Assembly: GCA_965247095.1 (NCBI GenBank)
Contig: OZ251997.1
Coordinates: 1,920,001 to 1,984,000, forward strand
DNA: 64,000 nucleotides
Source of the DNA: Candidatus Multivorans sp.
GTDB lineage: Bacteria; Acidobacteriota; Thermoanaerobaculia; Multivoradales; Multivoraceae
Reading direction: 5' to 3'
In this document: positions 29,475 through 36,474 of the stretch, piece by piece
Numbering within the stretch: position 1 is the stretch's first letter
How the letters are laid out: every line of letters starts with the position of its first letter
Program-made: the position numbers and the translations under genes
The notes under the pieces: model-generated
Seen by the model: only the letters and a program-made list of their open reading frames with translations
The model's database searches: none
Told to the model about the DNA's origin: nothing

Positions 29475-31754
29475 GTGGGGCGCAAGCTAACTAAGATGCC
29501 TCAAATGGATGGACCCTGTCGCCGGCTTGTCCTGTCGGCCCTCGTTATGGCTGCGACGGTGTCGGTCCATCGGCCGCTGACGGCCCAGGTCGCCATCTCG
29601 GTTCAGGTAGAGGCGAATCTAGTGCCCGGTGAGGCGTCCCCGGACCAGGCCGAGGTCCTGCTGGCTCTCGCCCCGACCCGGGAGATCGTTGGTGGGTACA
29701 CGGTGAGCGAGATTCCGGGCTCGGTCACCGCCAACGTTCCCCCTGCCGCGAACGGATGGATCGTGGAGGTGTCGGCGCCCGGCTGGTGGGCGCCGACGGC
29801 TCGGGTGACGTCAGACGATCCGGAAGCCTCGTTGGTTCTGGTGCCCGAAGGTCGGCTCCGATTCCGTCTGGAGGGCGCCGACCTCGGCGTGGAGACCCTG
29901 GACAGCGGAAGCGTCCGAGTCTTCGGGCGAGTCTGGGGCGAGGAGACGAGGTTGGGGCGTGGCATCCACGGCGGGCCGTGCGAGATCGACCTCGACCGGG
30001 ACGATCGGGACGCGTCGGTTACATGCCCCTTTGCGCTCGGGGTAAAGGCGGACCTTCAGGTCTTTCTAGGGCCCTTCCTGCCGTGGATCCAGTCTGGTGT
30101 CGTGGTGGCCGAGAACACCGACTTCGGAGCATTCAATCCGGAGCGCGGAGCCTCGGCCTCCGGCCGCGTGCGGGCTGCCGTCGGGCAAGGTGCCCTGCTG
30201 CTAGCCCTGTCGCCGAGAAACGGGTCCTTCCCCTTCACGACCTGGACCGACGAGCAGGGCGTCTTTGCGTTCGAGGGCCTTGCTTCGGGAACGTACGACC
30301 TCCATCTGGAGCAGTCGCCACGGGACCGCTGGGCGGTTCGGGTCGAGTCGGTGCTGGATCAGATCGACCTGGGCGAGATCGTTTCGGCGGCTGCCAACCG
30401 ATTCTCCGTGGACGTCTCCGCCCCCCACGCGATTCTTCCCAACCTGACCGTGAAGGCCAGTCGGGTATCCCTCCGCGAAGACGGCACGCCCGCACCCAGG
30501 GTCTTCGGGCAGCACCTCGCGAAGCGGTCTTTCGACGGTGGTTCGATCTTTGTCTGGTCTGGCATACCCGGCGGGTCCTACCTGATTCTGGTCGAAGGCC
30601 AGTGGGGCAATCGGTGGCATCGCGAACACATCGACTTCTCTGCTGCCTCCCATCATGCCATCGATATGGATGGGGTCCAGATCCGAGGTCGAATTCGAAG
30701 AGGCGCCAAGCCCCTGGAAGATGTGCTCGTCTGGTTCGGCGGTCTCACGGGCGGAGAGCGCATCGCCATGAAGAGTCGGCATGATGGTCGGTTCGAGGGT
30801 TGGCTGCCAACTCGTGCGCACCTCGGAGATTCCGGGGACGAGTGGCACGTCCAAGTGACGCAGGCGCCGGCCTGTGGGCCATGTGAGGGCGACTGGACAA
30901 CTTGGCAGAGCTTCGATTCTGGCCAGGTCGTGAATGCGGGCGTGGTAGAGATCGTCGAGAACGTAGATGGCGTCGGGCGTGTCGAGATCAGCCTGCCGGA
31001 CGGGCGGATCAGCGGCCGCGTCCTGCGAGTGGACGCCGAAACCGCTGACCGCACGGCCCTATCCGGCGCCACCGTCCGGCTCAGCGCGCGGGACCATGGC
31101 CGTTGGGACTGGAGTACCGTGACCTCGGAAGAAGGAGGTTTCGAGTTTCTTGGCGTACCAGAGGGGGAAGTCGATCTGTCTGCCGAAGCCCGTGTGGACG
31201 ATCAGATCTTTCGGTCCGGCCGAACGCAATTGCAGCTCTCGGAGGGAGCAGCCGTTGAGGATGTTGAGATCCACCTTGAACCGCAGCAGCTCTTCAACCT
31301 GCTCGTTCGGACACGCAACGGTCCGCTGAGGAACGCCACGGTCCTGCTCTTGGACACAGAGTCCGCAGCAGCCCGTGTACAGTGGACTCTCGCCAACGGG
31401 TCCACGCAGTTCTGGGTTCCTGCCGACCGCCTCGTCCAGTTCGTCGTTCTGGCCTCTGGCTTGGGGGCGGACGGGTGGCGGGTGAGATTGCCGCCAGAGG
31501 GCGATCTTGAAGTCGAGCTCTTCGATACACGAGGCGACCTGCTGCTGCCGGACACCGTCGAGGCGACGATCGTCAACTCCCGCGGCGTTGCGCTGCGACT
31601 CTCGGTCCTGCGACACGTGGGCCAGATTCGCGACACGGAAGAGGGCGAGGTGATCAGAAACCTCGCCCCTGGCAGCTACAGCTACTGCCCGCGAGACGCC
31701 GAATGCGCAATGGTGCACGTCATCGCTGGAACACTCAATCGAATCGGTCCGTGA
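29475..31754 (+). CDS. Exported protein with multiple carboxypeptidase-regulatory-like/Cna-B beta-sandwich repeats
   Basis: Signal-like N-terminus; repeats such as TWTDEQGVFAFEGLASGTYDL, TVTSEEGGFEFLGVPEGEVDL, IRNLAPGSYSY. Confidence 0.75.
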   Translation: MGRKLTKMPQMDGPCRRLVLSALVMAATVSVHRPLTAQVAISVQVEANLVPGEASPDQAEVLLALAPTREIVGGYTVSEIPGSVTANVPPAANGWIVEVSAPGWWAPTARVTSDDPEASLVLVPEGRLRFRLEGADLGVETLDSGSVRVFGRVWGEETRLGRGIHGGPCEIDLDRDDRDASVTCPFALGVKADLQVFLGPFLPWIQSGVVVAENTDFGAFNPERGASASGRVRAAVGQGALLLALSPRNGSFPFTTWTDEQGVFAFEGLASGTYDLHLEQSPRDRWAVRVESVLDQIDLGEIVSAAANRFSVDVSAPHAILPNLTVKASRVSLREDGTPAPRVFGQHLAKRSFDGGSIFVWSGIPGGSYLILVEGQWGNRWHREHIDFSAASHHAIDMDGVQIRGRIRRGAKPLEDVLVWFGGLTGGERIAMKSRHDGRFEGWLPTRAHLGDSGDEWHVQVTQAPACGPCEGDWTTWQSFDSGQVVNAGVVEIVENVDGVGRVEISLPDGRISGRVLRVDAETADRTALSGATVRLSARDHGRWDWSTVTSEEGGFEFLGVPEGEVDLSAEARVDDQIFRSGRTQLQLSEGAAVEDVEIHLEPQQLFNLLVRTRNGPLRNATVLLLDTESAAARVQWTLANGSTQFWVPADRLVQFVVLASGLGADGWRVRLPPEGDLEVELFDTRGDLLLPDTVEATIVNSRGVALRLSVLRHVGQIRDTEEGEVIRNLAPGSYSYCPRDAECAMVHVIAGTLNRIGP

Positions 31755-31758
31755 CTGG

Positions 31759-32259
31759 ATGGTCACAGATCAACGACGAAACAAGGAGGAACTTCGAGTG
31801 TCTCTCGAAACAAGTGGACGACGTGCCGTCGTCATCGCAGTAGGCGTCATCTTCTCGGCCGGCTTGCTCGTGGCCCAGGCTGCGCCGGGGCCTGGCTACT
31901 TGGGAATTGGCTTTTCGATAGATCCCGAGTCGGGAGTACTGTCAGTACGTCAGATCGTCCCCGACAGTCCTGCTGCGTCTGTGGACATTGTAGTCGCTGA
32001 CGAGATCCTGAGAGTCGATGCAAAGGAGATCCGGTTTCCTTCTCACCGAGCTGCGTTGGAGTTTCTCTCCAAGCGTGCCCGCACGGGTGTCGTCTTAGTG
32101 CTGACAGTCAGGAGAGGGGGGGTGCTACGGGAGACGAGAATCGTCCCCGAGGAACCGCCCCCGTCGCTTGCATCCCAGAACGAACTGGCACTCCGCTGCG
32201 CCGACGGAGAAGATCGACCCGAGGCAGCTTGGTCTCGCGCGTTCGAGTCGGTTCCGTAG
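31759..32259 (+). CDS. Exported stand-alone PDZ domain protein
   Basis: Hydrophobic signal segment; GYLGIGF carboxylate-binding loop, IVPDSPAA, DEILRVD, LTVRRGG. Confidence 0.8.
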   Translation: MVTDQRRNKEELRVSLETSGRRAVVIAVGVIFSAGLLVAQAAPGPGYLGIGFSIDPESGVLSVRQIVPDSPAASVDIVVADEILRVDAKEIRFPSHRAALEFLSKRARTGVVLVLTVRRGGVLRETRIVPEEPPPSLASQNELALRCADGEDRPEAAWSRAFESVP

Positions 32260-32404
32260 CAGTCCAGTCGCGAGAGTGCGGCGATGGGGCCATGAAGGGT
32301 CTCGAGCAACCGTCGCGTTCCTGACTCTGTTCGCCGGCACGGCCGCCTTCGCGGGAGGCGACGACCTGCCGCCATCGCACAGGACGGTGCTACGATCCCG
32401 GCTC

Positions 32405-32659
32405 TTGAGCAGTCAATCCGAGCAGTCCGCCTACTGGCGAGCGAACCTGCGACTGATGGCGACCCTCCTCGCCGTCTGGTTCTTCTGCTCCTACGTGCTC
32501 GGCATCTTCCTGGTTGAGCCGCTGAACGGCGCCCGCATCGGCGGCTTCCCGCTCGGATTCTGGTTCGCGCACCAGGGATCGATCTACGTCTTCATCGCGC
32601 TGATCCTGGTCTACGCGACGGTCATGGACCGCCTCGACCGCCGCTACGGAGTCGACTGA
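32405..32659 (+). CDS. DUF4212 small membrane subunit of sodium:solute symporter
   Basis: AYWRANLRL...GGFPLGFWFAHQGSIYVFIALI...MDRLDRRYGV; TTG start assumed. Confidence 0.88.
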   Translation: MSSQSEQSAYWRANLRLMATLLAVWFFCSYVLGIFLVEPLNGARIGGFPLGFWFAHQGSIYVFIALILVYATVMDRLDRRYGVD

Positions 32660-32738
32660 ACCGCTCAGGCGACCTGCCCGGCGCTTCCCGAGACCCGACT
32701 GACCGCACGCGAATGACGACAGAGGGGAGCAGCAGCCG

Positions 32739-34442
32739 ATGAACGTCCAGGCCTGGACCTACGTCATCGTCTCCGCGACCTTCGCGCTCTACATCGGCAT
32801 CGCCTGGTGGAGCCGGGTCAAGTCGACCTCCGGCTTCTACGTCGCCGGTCGCGGCGTTCCGGCGATCGCCAACGGCATGGCAACCGGCGCCGACTGGATG
32901 AGCGCCGCCTCCTTCATCTCGATGGCGGGCCTCGTCTCCTTCATGGGCTACACCGGCACCATCTACCTGATGGGCTGGACCGGCGGCTACGTGCTGCTGG
33001 CGCTCCTGCTAGCGCCCTATCTGCGCAAGTACGGCAAGTTCACGACCTCCGAGTTCGTCGGCGACCGCTACTACTCGGACGCCGCCCGGCTGGTGGCCGC
33101 GGGCTGCACGATCTTCGTTTCCTTCACCTACATCGCCGGCCAGATGCGGGGCGTCGGCGTCGTGTTCTCGCGCTTCCTGGAGGTCGAGATCTACTGGGGC
33201 GTGGTGATCGGCGTGGTGATCGTCTTCTTCTACGCCGTGGTCGGCGGCATGAAGGGAATCACCTACACCCAGGTCGCCCAGTACTGCGTCCTGATCGTCG
33301 CCTATCTCATTCCGGCCGCGGCGATCTCGTGGAAGATCACCGGCAACCCCATCCCGCAGTTCGGGTTCGGCGGCGCGGTCCAGGAGGGCCAGGCGGCGGG
33401 CGTCTTCCTGCTCGAGACCCTGGACGCCCTGCACCGGGAGCTGCGGCTGCCCGAGTACACCGCCGCCTTCGTGCCGGGCAAGAAGAGCATGATCGACGTC
33501 ACTGCGATCACGCTCGCCCTGATGGTCGGCACCGCCGGCCTGCCGCACGTGCTGGTCCGCTTCTACACCGTGCGCAGCGCCAGAGCCGCGCGCTGGAGCG
33601 CGCTGTGGGCGCTGGTCTTCATCGGCCTTCTCTACACCACCGCGCCCGCGGTCGCCGCCTTCGCCCGGGTGAACCTGATCTCCACCCTCCACGGCGCGAG
33701 CTACAGCGAGGTCCCGGAGTGGTTCCGGAGCTGGGAAACGACCGGCCTGATCGCCTTCGACGACAAGAACGGCGACGGCATGATCGACATGGCCGACGGC
33801 GCCAACGAACTGACCGTCGACCCCGACATCATGGTCCTGGCCAATCCGGAGATCGCGGAGCTTCCCGCCTGGGTCGTTGCCCTCGTCGCCGCCGGCGGGC
33901 TCGCGGCGGCGCTCTCCACCGCCGCCGGCCTGCTGCTCGTGATCGCCTCGGCGATCTCTCACGACGTCGGCAAATCGGTCCTGTGGAAGGACATGAGCTC
34001 GCGCAAGGAACTCCTGCTGGCGCGGAGCACCGCGGCCGCCGCCGTGGTCGTGGCCGCCTACTTCGGCATCTCGCCGCCGGGCTTCGTCGCCCAGGTCGTC
34101 GCCTTCGCCTTCGGCCTGGCCGCGGCGAGCTTCTTCCCCATCCTCGTTCTCGGCATCTTCACCCGCAGCACGACGAAGGAGGGCGCGATTGCCGGCATGA
34201 GCACCGGCATCCTGTTCACCGGCACCTACATCGTCTACTTCCGCCTGATCCGGCCCGAAGCCACCGCCGAGGACTGGCTGTTCGGCATCAGCCCGGAGGG
34301 CATCGGCGCCGTCGGCATGCTGATCAACTTCTCCCTGGCGCTGATCGTGAGCCGCTTCACCAAGCCGCCGCCGGACGAAGTGCAGCGCCTGGTGAGTGAG
34401 ATCCGCCTGCCGCGCGAGCGGGCGGCCGACGCTGCGCCGTAG
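32739..34442 (+). CDS. Cation/acetate symporter ActP-like sodium:solute symporter
   Basis: NGMATGADWMSAASFISMAG, GTAGLPHVLVRFYT; downstream of DUF4212. Confidence 0.92.
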   Translation: MNVQAWTYVIVSATFALYIGIAWWSRVKSTSGFYVAGRGVPAIANGMATGADWMSAASFISMAGLVSFMGYTGTIYLMGWTGGYVLLALLLAPYLRKYGKFTTSEFVGDRYYSDAARLVAAGCTIFVSFTYIAGQMRGVGVVFSRFLEVEIYWGVVIGVVIVFFYAVVGGMKGITYTQVAQYCVLIVAYLIPAAAISWKITGNPIPQFGFGGAVQEGQAAGVFLLETLDALHRELRLPEYTAAFVPGKKSMIDVTAITLALMVGTAGLPHVLVRFYTVRSARAARWSALWALVFIGLLYTTAPAVAAFARVNLISTLHGASYSEVPEWFRSWETTGLIAFDDKNGDGMIDMADGANELTVDPDIMVLANPEIAELPAWVVALVAAGGLAAALSTAAGLLLVIASAISHDVGKSVLWKDMSSRKELLLARSTAAAAVVVAAYFGISPPGFVAQVVAFAFGLAAASFFPILVLGIFTRSTTKEGAIAGMSTGILFTGTYIVYFRLIRPEATAEDWLFGISPEGIGAVGMLINFSLALIVSRFTKPPPDEVQRLVSEIRLPRERAADAAP

Positions 34443-34479
34443 CGCGCGACGGCGTTGGACGCACCCGCCCGTCTTGGGC

Positions 34480-34699
34480 CAGGAGGGGTCAGCTCCCAGG
34501 TGACGTGCCATTCGTGCGCCCGCTGACGGGCGCACGGACTGGTTCACGGGTGGCGCGGATCGCGCCACCCGGGTTCGCGCTTGAGAGGAAATGTAGGGGG
34601 TTGCGCTCACTCCGCTTCACTCGCTCCGGTTGGGCGTCGGTCAGTGCGATGTCGTTGAGCGTCGCTCGTTCAGAGGCACCTGGGAGCTGACCCCTCCTG
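34480..34699. repeat. ~220-bp non-coding element bounded by perfect 23-bp inverted repeats (MITE/BIME-like)
   Basis: caggaggggtcagctcccaggtg (34480-34502) is the exact reverse complement of cacctgggagctgacccctcctg (34677-34699). Confidence 0.75.
34509..34576 (-). repeat. GAAC double-hairpin dispersed repeat, copy 4
   Basis: Reverse complement GAACccgggtggcgcg-atc-cgcgccacccgt-GAACcagtccgtgcgcccg-tcag-cgggcgcacgaatg. Confidence 0.85.
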
Positions 34700-34820
34700 C
34701 CCCGACTGGGCTGGCGGCCGACCCACGGTCCCGATCTGCGACCCCTCAACGGGGCCGCTACCGCCGCCCAAGGACTAAGGTATCCTCCAAGCCGACAACC
34801 CACTCCGGAAGGAGGAGACC

Positions 34821-35009
34821 ATGCGCAACAAGAATGCGGGCCAGAAGCCTGCTACTACAGTGACGAGCCGACCGGCGCAAGACCGCCCCCCTACGGTCCA
34901 CGTTCCTTCTCGTCCTGTGGCGCGCCCCGCTTCCAGGAAGTCTGAGGCAATCATCAAAGAGGTCTCGGTCCGGCGACGTACGGCGATGAAGGTCTTGGCA
35001 AATCGCTGA
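34821..35009 (+). CDS. Small putative antitoxin of Doc toxin
   Basis: GGAGG RBS; C-terminal helix IIKEVSVRRRTAMKVLANR, typical of Doc-neutralising tails; immediately precedes the doc-like gene. Confidence 0.6.
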   Translation: MRNKNAGQKPATTVTSRPAQDRPPTVHVPSRPVARPASRKSEAIIKEVSVRRRTAMKVLANR

Positions 35010-35391
35010 CGGCCACTACCAAGTCACTTGGGCAGACGCGATCCGCGCCCATGAGGAGGCGCTGCGAGATGGTGGTGCCGCCGGCATCCTCAACCGTTCC
35101 GCCATTGAGTCCGCTATCGCCCGGCCATATCATGGCTACCATCAGCACGTCCACCAGAAGGCTGCGGCTCTGGTCCACGGTATCGTCTCCAATCACGGCT
35201 TTGTGGATGGCAACAAGCGCACGGCGCTCTACTTGGTAGAACTCTTGGCAGTCCGAAGCGGATACCGTCTAGCAGTGGACGACCTCCTTCTAGCAGACGT
35301 CATAACGGCTGTGGCCCGTCGAAAAATGGGCTACGACCCACTTGAAACTTGGTTCAAGGAGCGGCTCAAGTCGGCTTGCGGCACCGCATAG
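34999..35391 (+). CDS. doc: Doc/Fic family toxin; no canonical start codon in frame
   Basis: Open frame HYQVTWADAIRAHEEAL...IESAIARP...KAAALVHGIVSNHGFVDGNKRTA (Fic motif HxFxDGNKR). Confidence 0.8.
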   Translation, partial: QIADGHYQVTWADAIRAHEEALRDGGAAGILNRSAIESAIARPYHGYHQHVHQKAAALVHGIVSNHGFVDGNKRTALYLVELLAVRSGYRLAVDDLLLADVITAVARRKMGYDPLETWFKERLKSACGTA

Positions 35392-35421
35392 CAAGCCCTC
35401 TACTTGGCCCTAGTTGGACCG

Positions 35422-36358
35422 ATGAAGAACAAGAGAGACACTGGAAAGCCCGAAGATCCCCTGCGGGAAATCAAGCAAGCCACTGTAGCGATCGGCACAG
35501 TGCCAAAAGCGCCGAGGCCCCCGAGCGACGGCCCTTTCTACGATGGAAACCTTGTGGACTTTGAACTAAAAGGGACGGGCCTCATCTATTCATACACCCC
35601 AATGGAGTACGCCCCCGTCAAATCTCCTCCCGATCCGAAAGACGGGAGCAGTCTACTACTGGGCCAGGATGTGGATCGTAACGTGTAAGCACTGCATCCA
35701 AGACACTCCTGTAGTCGCAGTCCGTGCGGACACGAATGATGGCACTCGCGTGTATCCGATCCGCGCATCAAAATGGAGCCGACACCCAAACGAAGACGTC
35801 GCAGTAACTCCCTTCGGGCTGGACGGAGAAGCGAAAGACACAGCCGACGATGTCGCCGCTGCTGCGTTTCGAGGTTTGGTCATTTCCAGCGTAGGAAGGG
35901 AACTCACTGCGACTAGGGACCAAATCATGAGAACCGGGTTCTGGGAGGGCACGCCTGTGTCGATGATCGGGTTTCCCGCCGGTATGATTGAAGGCGGGAA
36001 GAAGAACTATCCGGTCGTTCGCGGCGGGACGATCGCTCAAATTCAAGGCTATCTGGATCGTGACCCCGAACACCGCAACTTCCTCATCGACGGATCCGTC
36101 TTCGGCGGCAACAGCGGAGGCCCCATAGTAGTCCGAAAAGGCGTGATGAATTGTGAGAATCAGGCTCTTTCGCATACTGTCTTGATCGGCATGGTGTCTG
36201 CGACGGTTCGAGTGGAAACCGAACGGCACGACCAGTCCCCTCGCGATGTCTTCGAAAACGCAGGCCTCGTGCACGGAGTCAGCGTGGACGCGATTAACGA
36301 CACAATTCACCGATACTACGTCTCGAGTGCGAACTCGAAGGAGGATATCTCGAGCTGA
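35422..36358 (+). pseudogene. Trypsin-like serine protease split by a +1 frameshift near 35645
   Basis: KGTGLIY in the first ORF; IVTCKH (His), EDVAV (Asp) and GGNSGGP (Ser) in the second ORF. Confidence 0.75.
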
Positions 36359-36474
36359 ACCCGGTAGCTCGCGGGTGGTAGTCGAGTTCCCGGCGGTAGT
36401 AGCCGTGCGGGGCGGAGAGCGAGGGCAAGAGGTTGCGACTCGAGGCGAGGCCAGAAGAGGGCAGGGTAAGGGCC

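Noticed and set aside
23990-35650. Programmed frameshifting or phase variation as a common explanation for the indels at ~24000, ~35010 and ~35645
   Set aside because: The runs are only 2-3 G with no slippery heptamer or long tract; sequencing error or ordinary decay is more parsimonious
36359-36474. Short minus-strand peptide LLPSLSAPHGYYRRELDYHPRATG after recD2
   Set aside because: No start, RBS or recognisable family; at most a remnant
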